From contig JAUCBJ010005417.1 in assembly GCA_032718475.1 (NCBI GenBank), positions 1-32,450 of the forward strand: DNA of 32,450 bases, given 5' to 3'. The DNA is from Nemertoderma westbladi. Taxonomy: Eukaryota; Animalia; Xenacoelomorpha. The notes under the pieces are model-generated. The model was not told the origin of the DNA. It made no database searches and saw only the letters and a list, made by a program, of their open reading frames with translations. Each line of letters starts with the position of its first letter. Position 1 is the first letter of the stretch. Positions 1-12,408 of this stretch are shown here, one piece after another. Position numbers and translations under genes: made by a program.

Positions 1-2585
1 GTACATTACCACATCATCGTAATATAATTATGTAAAGTCTTATTCCATAAAGAATTAAACTATTCATTCCTAATTAAAATCAAGTAACTTATATTTATAG
101 AATAGTCATTATCCTGCTTCTTGTCATTTGACCAGATAACGTGATATTAACCAAGGTTTATAAAACGTAATTGTAATGAATGATATAACTTTATTGGCTT
201 CACTAAACCACTTTTTGCAAAAAGTTGACTCTATTTATGTTCACTTGCAATTAATATATATTTTGTGGATCCATCCATAACTTGATTAATAAAAAAATAT
301 ATGGAATAATATTCCACTATACTAACTAGAGCAAAATGTTCAGCTATTAATATGCTAAACTTTAAAAACGTTATTATATTAAATAGAAATTGGCCTAATT
401 ATTGAAAAATAAGATTTCTAAATTTTATTTATTTCTTAAATCTATCTATGCACAATAAAAAAAATATCAACTGTTAATATATGGAAAATCGGATTTATAT
501 TACAACTGCAAGGAATGGTAATAATGTATTATTTATCTACAGTTGGCACATAAACACCCCCCTTGAATAATGTAAATAAATGTTTTAATTACATCGAACC
601 TGTATTCAATCCTAGTACACCATCGAACAGCTCGTGAGATAAACAACTGTTGGCAAATTATAACGCGACGTATTCCAATATTTCCACAGGCCGGCAAGGT
701 TCAGTTTTGGAGACTCAAACTAAATACGATAGTCTAAATACCGGTAGATCAGACCAAACTTTATACTAGGAGGGCTAAAACTATAGTAGCCAATTAAACA
801 ACTACCAATTTATACTCTAGGCTATTATTGTGGAGTGAAGTGTGGGTGTGCTGTTGTGTTAGTTAATGTGAGCCGCCTGCCTTTAATCATACATGGAAGC
901 CATTATTATATTATATTCGATGTAATATAAACATTCTAGAATATTTAATATATTTGTAAGTAGCCATGTCTTCGTATTGCACAGGCATTGTATTGTTGCG
1001 CGGCAACTCATAAAATAAATAACATGTTCTAGAATGTTGCCTATTTCGAGCGGCAGCAACAAATCACGATTAGAATTACGATTAGCCGAGGTGGTTCAAT
1101 ATCAAGCAGACATAATATGTCAATCTAAATGGAAGGATGTAAATATATGAGACCGTTATTTAGATTACTCTTTTGTGAACACATAGATATTTCGCAGACT
1201 TAAGTGAATAATTTAGAACAATAATTATGATTCCTAACTCCAGAATTAAATGAATAATTTGGGACACTAGGATTCCTAACTCCTCTATAATGTGAATGTC
1301 AGCATGTGCATGTGTTCGTCCATGCGTATATTAAAGAGCTGTCTACCAGCTACATGATAACCACCACACCGCACCGCAACAGTAGGCCTTCTTAGGCCTA
1401 TCCCAGTTGTACAATTACGACATGACAGTTGACTGTTCGGCAGGTTAAAATATACTATATACTACTAAAATACTAAAAATACTAATACATTAGTATTAGT
1501 ATATAGTAATAAAAATATATATAATAAAAATACTAAAATATACTATATAATATACTAAAATATACAATTACCCTAATTGGTGTAAAAGCAACGCAGATGA
1601 CCGATAACCGTTATTAACTTTCAGATAAATTAACAGGTTATGGGTTACAGTGGCAGACTACATAAATATGGTCTAACCAAAACAATAAACGAGTGCCAAG
1701 AAAACAGGTTATTACAGTTTGTAGTTAATAATAACGGTTATCAGTTGACGCCATAGCGGTGAAAAACCCAATTATAAATAAGTTAATCTGAAATCAAATT
1801 AATATTATTACTCTACAACGACATGGATAACTGGTAGACGTTGCCGTGCAGTCATCAGTTAATAAGCCTAAGCCGTTGTATAGTAATAGGCCTATTTATT
1901 TGTATACGATCTGGGAACTGCGGAAGTGATACAACTTTAAGATTACCGCTGCACTTACTGTTCTACTTTTCGATTGGCTGATGGAAGTGGGAAATCCCAA
2001 GCAGTTAGCCAATAAGATATCATGAATCAACATTATGGTATTTTACCACAACAATAGCTTTGGCAGGTTTCAGTTGTTTAATAATACAATTTGTTATGCT
2101 ATTGCCTAGCAATACGTGTATCAATATCACCCAAACCAGACGATATGTTGTGATTATTAAATACAATGGTTAGATTATAAAGATTATAAATCAATATAAT
2201 TTGATTCCAAGTAACTTTTCTCGGCCAAGTAAATTTGTATTGTTTGTAGTTTTAGTTTTCCACCGACTATGTTTTGTTAAATAGTAGATAAATGTAGGTT
2301 TGAGTCAGGTATAGAGATTAGAGATGTTCACCTCCACACATTACATTTACTTTAAACTTCGAATACTGTAGGTTCTATAATTCCCATTCCCTCAACTGAT
2401 AAATTACAATTTTTATATTTGCTATGGTATTTCCTCCTTCAAATGTGCCCTCACACTTGCCTCAATTTTTATGAGTTCCAAGTTTAAGGTTACATTTTCA
2501 AGTTCAAGACGTGTGAAGGTGAGCCGATACGTATTTATTTAAAATTGAAACCTGATAGTTGAAAGCTTATGTGTGGAGACAGGGA

Positions 2586-2611
2586 GGGGGGGGGGGGGGG
2601 GGGGGGGGGGT
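2586..2611 (+). repeat. Poly-G tract (about 26 nt)
   Basis: Uninterrupted G run in an AT-rich background. Confidence 0.9.
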
Positions 2612-3040
2612 AACTGGACGCAAAACCCGCCTTGGCGAATTAATATCCCGCCTCAATGTAAATTCTCAATTTAGGGAAAGGAGCAGGTTACAGTGGCACG
2701 TTACTTTAACCAAAACAATAAACTAAACACAATACAACAGGTTAGAGTTTTATTTTTGAGAGTAATCAGCTATTATTTGCGTCCAATATCCCCTGGAGAG
2801 GGATGAATTTTTATTGCCTCCAGTTTCCCCCCCTATCTGTATGTGTGAGCCGGGCTCCTAAGAGCGAGTACTGTATATAAAGTATATCATATTCTTGTCC
2901 ACTATTAAGTATTTTTGTTGTTTACCAGCAACAGTGAAGGAGTTGTTTACTATGTTGTTACTTTCTATTGTTGCTTAAAAGTTATATTTTATTGACACCA
3001 CCCAACCTCCAGGACTATTTCTGTCACCAATCTGTCAATC

Positions 3041-3459
3041 ATGCCTGGGACCCCATTGGAACGATTCACCGACTCAGTGGTCCCAGAACATATTTGTCCA
3101 ATATGCGACATGGTCCTATTTGACCCAATAACCAACGGAGTCTGTCCCCATCTGTTCTGCCGCTCCTGCATGGCAAAGGACCTGCTAGCGGCATCCAGAC
3201 GCCACTGCCGTATCTGTAAGACCCCATTCCGACCAGTGCCAATACCGGCGCCAGAGGAATTCGTCGCAGCCCTGGGGTGTCTGCTCGTTAAGTGCGCGGC
3301 CCAACGCTGCAACCAGATCTTCCCGTTGGCGCGCGAAGAGGATCACGTGTCTCACGAGTGTCCAGAAACACAGATTCCCTGTCGGTACAAAGGGAAAGGT
3401 TGCCGCACCGTACTCCGTAGAAGATTGTCTGACAAACACGCAGATAGATGCCTTTTTCG
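3041..3459 (+). CDS. Coding exon of a RING-HC (C3HC4) plus TRAF-type zinc-finger protein, probable E3 ubiquitin ligase
   Basis: CPIC..CPHLFCRSC..CRIC RING pattern, then C-x4-C..H..C and CRYKGKGC..H..C TRAF-like fingers. The exon ends at a canonical donor, CG|GTAAGT (GT at 3460-3461, phase 2). A possible upstream acceptor CCTCCAG lies at 3006-3012. Confidence 0.85.
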
Positions 3460-3874
3460 GTAAGTTTTAACTGTATAATTTCGTAGAAAACAAATATAAT
3501 TTGTTTCCTGTTTACGAACGATCAAGTGACGTCCTTGCCAGATTTTGGCCCACATTGGCAGCAATTGTAAATCGTAACCTTGGGCGCAAATTGTCGCATT
3601 TGAAATAAAACTTATTATGACTCCCTGTTGTCTGTTCTATTGCATCATGAGCCGAGTGTAATTAGAGAAACGTCTTTATTATAATTTATAAAATTCCTTT
3701 AGAATTGTGGAATGTGATGCCTGTTCGGCTAGAGTTCAGAGTGTTTCCTTGGTTACCCATCAACGAGCCACGGGATGTCTCGACAAGTGGATAAAACGTC
3801 AATACGTCGAGAATTTTAAACTTAATCATAAATTATTAATCCAACATAGTCATGATATTAGAACCATGATGTAA

Positions 3875-3973
3875 GTTGTATAATATAGTATGTAACATTG
3901 TTGTCACCAATAATCATACTGATGTTGTATAATATAGTATGTGACATTGTTGTCACCAATAATCAGACTGATG
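3875..3973. repeat. Intronic tandem duplication, 2 x 49 bp
   Basis: TTGTATAATATAGTATGT(A/G)ACATTGTTGTCACCAATAATCA(T/G)ACTGATG occurs at 3876 and 3925, with two mismatches. Confidence 0.9.
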
Positions 3974-4462
3974 CCCAACTGGCATTCTTGATTAATATTG
4001 AGATCATTAATATTGACACCCGGATCGTGAGTATGCAATACGATTTTCGACCTCCCATGTGTATGTTCCGGAACGGTTTTACTCACTATTATTCGATCGG
4101 GAACAGCCCCGGTTTCAAGTTATAAAGTGTGCTATCGTCGGTATATCGTAACGATAATGAAGTTTTGTACAGTTAAATTAATTGTAAAAATTAACACACC
4201 ATTGCATCATCCTCAATCTTAAATTCTTAATATAATATTAAAAAATCCTATTCCACAAATGGAATGGAACCTCCTATCAAATCTATTCAATAACTAGGCC
4301 TCATTATCTCCAGAAATGAAAATGAAAATTGTCATGAAAATGAAAATTGTCTTCAATGTGCGCCACCTTTTTTTATTATTTTTACTATCAGTTTATTACT
4401 GATTAAGTAGGCTGTTAAAGGTACTGACTGACTGCTGACTGACTTTCTTTCATTCCTAACAG

Positions 4463-4661
4463 GTTGAATCGAATGCAAGATGAACAAAAACTTATTTATG
4501 CCGCTAGAGGGATCAAACCGAAAGGTTACAGACGGGTCTATTCAAATTACGGAAGGCCCGAGACAGCGCCTGAAAAATTCCACACCTGGTCGGAAGAAAT
4601 GATGTTTAAAAATAGGTGGGTATTGATTCCAAACACGGATTCAGATACAATGGGATTATAA
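4463..4661 (+). CDS. Probable next coding exon of the RING/TRAF-finger gene
   Basis: A pyrimidine tract and CTAACAG acceptor (AG at 4461-4462) precede it. The phase matches the upstream donor (CG+G = Arg) and opens the 4464-4661 ORF, giving about 205 aa. An alternative donor AG|GTGGGT at 4616 could extend the gene. Confidence 0.6.
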
Positions 4662-4677
4662 CCATAGAACGTGATCA

Positions 4678-7600
4678 TACATATATATGATTTAGAGCAT
4701 ATATAATTAAAGCATATTTAGAGCATATATAATTAAATCATCCATAATTAAACCATATTTAGAGCATATTTAATGAAACCATATTTAGAGCATATTTAAT
4801 TAAACCATATTTAATTAAACCATATTTTGAGCATATTTAATTAAAGCATATATAATTAAACCATATTTAAATCATATTTAATTAAAGCCTATTTAAAGCA
4901 TATTTAGGTAAAGCATATTTAATTAGAGAATATTTAATTAAAGCATATTTAAAGCATATTTAGGTAAAGCATATTTAATTAAAGCATATTTAATTAAACC
5001 ATATTTAGAGCATATATGATTAAAGCATATTTAATTAAACCATATTTAGAGCATATATAATTAAATCATATATAATTAAACCATATTTAGAGCATATTTA
5101 ATTAAACCATATTTAGAGCATATTTAATTAAACCATATTTAATTAATATTTAATTAAAGCATATTTAAAGCATATTTAATTAAAGCATATATAATTAAAG
5201 CATATATAATTAAACCATATTTAAAGCATATATAATTAAAGCATATTTAAAGCATATTTAGGTAAATCATATTTAATTAAAGCATATTTAATTAAAGCAT
5301 ATTTAATTAAAGCATATTTAATTAAACCATATTTAGAGCATATATAATTAAAGCATATATAATTAAACCATATTTAGAGCATATTTAATTAAACTATATT
5401 TAGAGCATATTTAATTAAACCATATTTAGAGCATATTTACTTAAAGCATATTTAAAGCATATTTAGGTAAAGCATATTTAATTAAAGCATATTTAATTAA
5501 AGCATATTTAAAGCATATTTAGGTAAAGCATATTTAATTAAAGCATATTTAATTAAACCATATTTAGAGCATATTTAATTAAACCATATTTAGAGCATAT
5601 TTAATTAAACCATATTTAGAGTATATTTAACTAAACCATATTTACAGCATATTTAATTAAACCATATTTTGAGCATATTTAATTAAAGCATATATAATTA
5701 AACCATATTTAAATCATATTTAATTAAAGCATATTTAAAGCATGTTTAATTAAAGCATATTTAATTAAACCATATTTAGAGCATATATAATTAAAGCATA
5801 TATAATTAGACCATATTTAGAGCATATTTAATTAAACCATATTTAGAGCATATTTATTTAACCATATTTAGAGCATATTTAATTAAAGCATATTTAAAGC
5901 ATATTTAGGTAAAGCATATTTAATTAAAACATATTTAGAACATATTTAATTAAACCAAATTTAGAGCATATTTAATTAAACCATATTTAGAGTATATTTA
6001 ATTAAACCATATTTAGAGCATATTTAATTAAACCATATTTAGAGCACATTAAATTAAATCATATTTAGAGCATATTTAATTAAACCATATTTAGAGCATA
6101 TTTAATTAAACCATATTTAGAGCATATTTAATTAAACCATAATTAGAGCACATTTAATTAAAGCATATTTAAAGCATATTTAGGTAAAGCATATTTAATT
6201 AAAGCATATTTAATTAAACCATATTTAGAGCATATTTAATTAAAGCATATTTAAAGCATATTTAGGTAAAGCATATTTAATTAAAGCATATATAATTAAA
6301 GCATATATAATTAAACCATATTTAGAGCATATATAATTAAACCATATTTAGAGCATATATAATTAAAACATTTTTAGAGCATATTTAATTAAACCATATT
6401 TAGAGCATATTTAATTAAACATATATAATTAAAGCATATATAATTAAACCATATTTAAAGCATATATAATTAAATCATATATAATTAAACCATATTTAGA
6501 GCATATTTAATTAAACCATATTTAGAGCATATTTAATTAAACCATATTTAATTAATATTTAATTAAAGCATATTTAAAGCATATTTAATTAAAGCATATA
6601 TAATTAAAGCATATATAATTAAACCATATTTAAAGCATATATAATTAAAGCATATTTAAAGCATATTTAGGTAAATCATATTTAATTAAAGCATATTTAT
6701 TTAAAGCATGTTTAATTAAAGCATATTTAATTAAACCATATTTAGAGCATATATAATTAAAGCATATATAATTAGACCATATTTAGAGCATATTTAATTA
6801 AACCATATTTAGAGCATATTTATTTAACAATATTTAGAGCATATTTAATTAAACCATATTTAGAGCATATATAATTAAACCATTTTTAGAGCATATTTAA
6901 TTAAACCATATTTAGAGCATATTTAATTAAACATATATAATTAAAGCATATATAATTAAGCCATATTTAAAGCATATATAATTAAAGCATATATAATTAA
7001 ACCATATTTAGAGAATACTTAATTAAACCATATTTAGAGCATATTTAATTAAACCATATTTAGAGCATATATAATTAAACCATATTTAAATCATATTTAA
7101 TTAAGGCATATTTAAAGCATGTTTAATTAAAGCATATTTAATTAAACCATATTTAGAGCATATATAATTAAAGCATATATAATTAGACTATATTTAGAGC
7201 ATATTTAATTAAACCATATTTAGAGCATATTTATTTAACCATATTTAGAGCATATTTAATTAAAGCATATTTAGGTAAAGCATATTTAATTAAAGCATAT
7301 TTAATTAAACCATATTTAGAACATATTTAATTAAACCAAATTTAGAGCATATTTAATTAAACCATATTTAGAGTATATTTAATTAAACCATATTTAGAGC
7401 ATATTTAATTAAACCATATTTAGAGCACATTTAATTAAATCATATTTAGAGCATATTTAATTAAACCATATTTAGAGCATATTTAATTAAACCATAATTA
7501 GAGCATATTTAATTAAAGCATATTTAAAGCATATTTAGGTAAAGCATATTTAATTAAAGCATATATAATTAAAGCATATATAATTAAACCATATTTAGAG

Positions 7601-7962
7601 CATATATAATTAAACCATATTTAGAGCATATATAATTAAACCATTTTTAGAGCATATTTAATTAAACAATATTTAGAGCATATTTAATTAAACCATATTT
7701 AGAGCATATATAATTAAACAATTTTTAGAGCATATTTAATTAAACCATATTTAGAGCATATTTAATTAAACATATATAATTAAAGCATATATAATTAAAC
7801 CATATTTAAAGCATATATAATTAAAGCATATATAATTAAACCATATTTAGAGAATACTTAATTAAACCATATTTAGAGCATATTTAATTAAACCATATTT
7901 AGAGCATATATAATTAAAGCATATATAATTAAACCATATTTAAAACATATTTAATTAAAGTA
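4678..7962. repeat. AT-rich composite satellite of 15-bp (CATATTTAATTAAAS) and 11-bp (CATATTTAGAG / CATATTTAAAG) monomers
   Basis: About 3.3 kb of irregularly alternating monomers. Rare variants recur at spacings of about 1.4 kb and 0.84 kb. Confidence 0.97.
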
Positions 7963-8202
7963 CATTTCCTTTTAAACTTTCACGAGAACCAAGTCCCTAA
8001 CATTGCGTGCGGAATTAAAACTATAGTATTTGTACCATTATAGACCCTTTGATACAATGGAGTTGTTTCAACATAAACCAAGCAGGGATCGTCATCTACC
8101 CGTATCCAGGCAACCAAAAGAACACTTACGCATCCCTACGCGGCCAAATACCACGACTAGTTCAAAAATGGTCTGGTCAGACAATAAAGAACGCAGCCAT
8201 TC

Positions 8203-8780
8203 TAGGGGACCCACCAGCAGTGGTAAGTTTAATAAGGGACCCACTAGCAGTGGTAAGTTTAATAGGGGACCCACTAGCAGTGGTAAGTTTAATAGGGGAC
8301 CCACTAGCAGTGGTAAGTTTAATAGGGGACCCACTAGCAGTGGTAAGTTTAATAGGGGACCCACTAGCAGTGGTATGTTTAATAGGGGACCCACTAGCAG
8401 TGGTAAGTTTAATAAGGGACCCTCTAGCAGTGATAAGTTTAATAGGGGACCCACTAGCAGTGGTAAGGTTAATAAGGGACCCACTAGCCGTGGTAAGTTT
8501 AATAGGGGACCCACTAGCAGTAGTAAGTTTAATATGGGACCCACTAGCAGTGGTAAGGTTAATAAGGGACCCACTAGCAGTGGTAAGTTTAATAGGGGAC
8601 CCACTAGCAGTGGTAAGTTTAATAAGGGACCCAATAACAGTGGTATGTTTAATAAGGGACCCGCACTAGCAGTGGTAAGTTTAATAGGGGACCCACTAGC
8701 AGTGGTCAGTTTAATAAGGGACCCACTAGCAGTGGTAAGTTTAATAGGGGGCCCACTAGCAGTGGTAAGTTTAATAAGTT
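8203..8780. repeat. 30-bp minisatellite (GGGACCCACTAGCAGTGGTAAGTTTAATAR), about 19 copies
   Basis: Head-to-tail 30-bp units with one 2-bp insertion near 8662. Each unit contains the inverted repeat CCACT-AGC-AGTGG. Confidence 0.97.
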
Positions 8781-8900
8781 AAATATGTTTAATAAATTTC
8801 AAAACAATACCTGGTTTTAATGGAATGGCCTTTAAGATGGTAAGCCTATGAGTCTGTGTACCTTATAGGCTGTACTTAAGTAATATGTATGTGATTCCGA

Positions 8901-9168
8901 CGTACATCGCGACGTCGGGGGTCGCCGGTATGCGACGGCGGGGTAGCTCAGTTGGTTGAGCGCCGGGCCTGCAATCTAGTGGTTGTAGGTTCAGCCCCGC
9001 CAGGGTCCACTCAGCCTTTCATCCACTGGGGTCGATAAAATGAGTACCAGTTAAATTACTGGGAGCAAATCATGGGATAGGAGTAGCGCCCACCCCTACC
9101 CTCGGGTAGCAGCTATCGAAAGAGGAGCCTTCGGGTCGCCTCCGGCTTCGGCCGACTGTTTGCTTGCT
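8901..9168 (+). mobile_element. tRNA-derived SINE with a 13-bp TSD
   Basis: TSD TATGTGATTCCGA at 8888-8900 and 9169-9181. The tRNA-like head starts at about 8937, with A box TAGCTCAGTTGG and degenerate B box GGTTCAGCCCC. The central CTCAGCCTTTCATCC..GGGGTCGATAAAATGAGTACCAG resembles, from memory, a conserved metazoan SINE core. The tail is a short TTGC repeat. Confidence 0.88.
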
Positions 9169-10467
9169 TATGTGATTCCGAGAATGTTTCAAAGGTACAT
9201 TACAAAGTTAAACAAAGACACAAATAAACCATGAAACAACCGTAGTTACTGGAAAATTAAATATAGATATTTAATTTAATTTTGTGATAAAAAATGTGTA
9301 ACATAAATTTTCATATTTTTGTGTTTTGTTAACTGAATAATATAATTATTCAACAATAGCGGGCTTTCCAATATTTAGAATGCGGCCCAAGCCCGGCCCG
9401 TGTCCAACTCTGCAGCCCCCCCCCCACACCCCCATGTCTCGTATACCGATGGGTAAATTTTAGAATTTATTTTCAGATTTGCAGCTTCAGATGTTTCAGG
9501 ATAATTCTAGAACGATGCCAACATCATGGGGTCTGTACGTCCGACCGTTATCATCAATTAAAGGACAAACTCTCCCGCTAATAACCACATAAACTTAATT
9601 TATTGCATATTCTAAATGTAGGCCTGTGTGCGTACCCAGTCGTACATTAATACATATATCATATTTACATTATACTGGTGGAAGAAAGGACAATGCCTGA
9701 CTTGATGGATATACAGTAGTATACGTACGTTACCTTAGCATGAGTTAATAATACGGTTTCACAATACTGAAAGTATATTTTATTTCACGTCGTTAAATCT
9801 TGCAAGACTCTCCTCTGTAGCAAGCCCAGAAATTAAATTACTTTAATTGAATCTCCACTTTCACTCGGATTAATTCCATGTTACACCTACGTTATTAAAC
9901 CTGAAATACATACAGTACGTAGTTATCTGTTTATTGTTATTGAATTATTGAGGTTACAAATTTTTTGAATTGTGTTCTTTATTTATTCTAATACATACTA
10001 TAATCGGCCTGCTGCATTGTATCTCCACATTGAGATTGTTATTTTTACATTTCATTTAGATTTTCTAAATCACTCTCTCTCTGTCTCTCTCATTCCCCCT
10101 TTATTATATTTTTTGCCCCATTATTCTCCCTTCTCTTATTTTCTCCTTCCACCTCTTTGATCCCCCCCCCCGTACGCCTATAATCCAGTCTCCTTGGATA
10201 CCAATGCTCAATCATAAGATATTAAATAAAATATGTTGAAAAATATCATAGCGCTATGGAAAATATCCTAATGTTCTTGTCTGGTGAGACAAAATGTTCC
10301 GTGTTAAGTATACCAGTTTTCTGCTGTTATATTTCACTTTGCAGATTTTTTAACGGATACTTTTTCCAACGCGTTACCTTATATTACATATTAAATTTAA
10401 TTATGATGAAGATATAAATTGGTTTATAGATTGATAGATAGGTTTAAACAATAGAATTAAATAGGAT

Positions 10468-12403
10468 TCAACGAATAGAATGTTCTTCAAGTATGTTGAA
10501 GAGGCCGCTATTGTTAGTGGAGTCTACAGTTCCTAGGATCGAGGCCGAGTTGCCGATTAGGATGGCTATCAGGAGTCTTTGCAGCAGGAATCGATGAGAC
10601 CGGGGTTCCTGTGTTGCTTGTCGAATCTTCCTGCCGACCTCTTTCAGGAATGAGGTTGTTGCTGGTCCTGGCTGGCCAAGCGTTTCGAAGGCTACTGGTG
10701 CGAAGAGGTATCCTCGGTCTACTAGTTCTTCGTACTTTCTTGATTTGGTCTCTTCTTGCTCCTCGGCAACACGACCTCCTGCTGATAGACTGGTAGCGAG
10801 ATGGCTGGGCGCTAGAGGGTCTACGACTGTCGCGTCCCACGTCAGGGACTTACCGCGCGACCAATGGATGAGGGTCATGCCGTCTGGGCGTTTACCATCC
10901 ATTCGGCAGAGGCCTGGCGGCTCCAGGATGGACGGAACACCACAGCTGGAGAGTGCGCGCTTTATGATGTCATTTAGCACCGTGTGGCGCGGAATCCGCC
11001 CCCAAGCTCCTCTGGCAGGACAGGCCATGTAGGCCTTCAGTATCGACTTCCTTACCGCATCTGGCGCATGTGTGTTGTTCTGTGACTCAACATCCTAGTC
11101 GAGTAGCGATTGAGATGCGGAACTGACTGTCAGTTAGCTTTAAACCTAGCGACGACGATGGTAGCGCGTCTATCCAGCAACCGGCGACAGGGTCATCTAA
11201 AGAGTTTAGTCGAGCGATATTCTTCGGAGAAGCGGTGCGGCGAAGTGACGCGAGGTTCTCTTCATGGATCGGGTTTGTCCAAGTCTTCTGCATACTTACA
11301 GAGGACGCTGAAGGTTGCTCGCAATCGGTGGCCACCGATCTCTTCCAGAGCTCATAGGCGTGATCAGTTAAGGTGTTTCGAGATGGAGTAGGCGCAGCAG
11401 CGGTGAAAAGACAGCCAGTAAGTTCAGCACATGCAGCCGCAGAAGCCACATAGGCAGAAGGGGCGAGCTGCATGGCTGTATGGCAGGCCTGTATCCACGA
11501 ACTGTCATTGATTCTGACGTTTGCTATTTTCACCAACGCAGACCGCAGTGTATCGTCATATCTTTCCAGAAGCTGTGGAAACAAAATACATGGAGCAGAG
11601 CGGAGGTAATATAGCAGGCGAGGGATTGCGAAAGAGTTCCTAAGCAAGAAGAATCCATGGTGGCTGTCGAGGAGATGAAGCTGGTCGCTAATCAAGGCCA
11701 AGTCGTTTATCTTGTCAGTCAGACAGGACTCTATAGCCTCGGATCCGATTGGGGCCCCTAGCATAATCAGTTGGTCAGCTGAAGGTAACTGGATCTTTCC
11801 GCCACAAACTCTATTGAAATCTTCCTGAATCCGGGCTCGATCATTGTCAGACACTGGACCCAGAAAAAATAGCTCGCACTTCGAGGGGTTTAGGGTGAGG
11901 CCGAGTTTCTTCCCTTCCACAATTATCGTTCTCAGATCGTCTAGAACAATGGTATACAATCCTGCCATGTTACCATCGTCAAGATACCATACGTTGAAAT
12001 CGGATTTCAATGAGTGGATGGTGTCGTTGATCGTGTCTCCGAAGAGAGGGGGTCGTTCAGGGTCACCCTGTTGGGCTCCTTCATCAGAGACTAAGATTTC
12101 ATCACTGTGAACTAGAAAGCTTGAGTTACCATAGTCAGCCAATGTATAGTTATATATGCTGGGATACTTCCTTGCCACAGTCTCGAGGATGGCATCACGT
12201 CGAAGTGAATTGAAGGCATTGCTGAAATCTACCTTCAGCAACACCGTGTTGGGAGCGTTCGTTGAAGATATCAAGGACCGGGTCCCGTGGGCTGCAGCCT
12301 CTGCCCCATTCTTTGTTCCTATTCCTAACTGGATGTGGCCGTAAGATTCGATGCGCTGGTCTTTGACTGTTTGGCTGGCCTATTTGGCACTTAGTCTATA
12401 CCA
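10468..12403 (-). pseudogene. 3' half of a CRE-like non-LTR retrotransposon: RT, CCHC motif and restriction-like (PD-D/ExK) endonuclease
   Basis: Motifs KVDFSNAFN, GAQQGDP, WYLDDG, LNPSKCE, LGAPIG, CARC..H..C, RHTVLNDII, RPDG..WDATV..EETKSRKY and PVAFETLG. In-frame stops at 12380-12382 and 11087-11089, a frameshift near 11000, and the usual LP..GGLG motif appears deleted. Confidence 0.9.
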
Positions 12404-12408
12404 GGTAT

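Noticed and set aside
929-1038. Paired TTCTAGAA heat-shock-element-like sites
   Set aside because: Each has only two good nGAAn units, they lie 2 kb from the nearest coding exon, and they could be remnants of a small inverted repeat.
8203-8780. CRISPR-like array (hairpin-containing 30-bp repeat)
   Set aside because: The units are head-to-tail with no unique spacers, there are no cas genes, and the context is eukaryotic.
8030-8782. Three overlapping ORFs (250, 206 and 180 aa)
   Set aside because: They are by-products of a 30-bp tandem repeat that lacks stops in those frames; no domain is evident.
8937-9010. Functional tRNA gene
   Set aside because: The T arm and acceptor stem are degenerate, and the sequence runs into a SINE body bounded by a TSD.
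9360-9412. Possible hAT MITE end (..GCCCGGCCCGTGTCCAACTCTG)
   Set aside because: No partner inverted repeat or TSD was found.
10337-10344. CTTTGCAG (also at 26197-26204) as the TSD of the CRE-like element
   Set aside because: The position is plausible, but it is only 8 bp and has no clear poly-A tail beside it, so it cannot be supported without a consensus.
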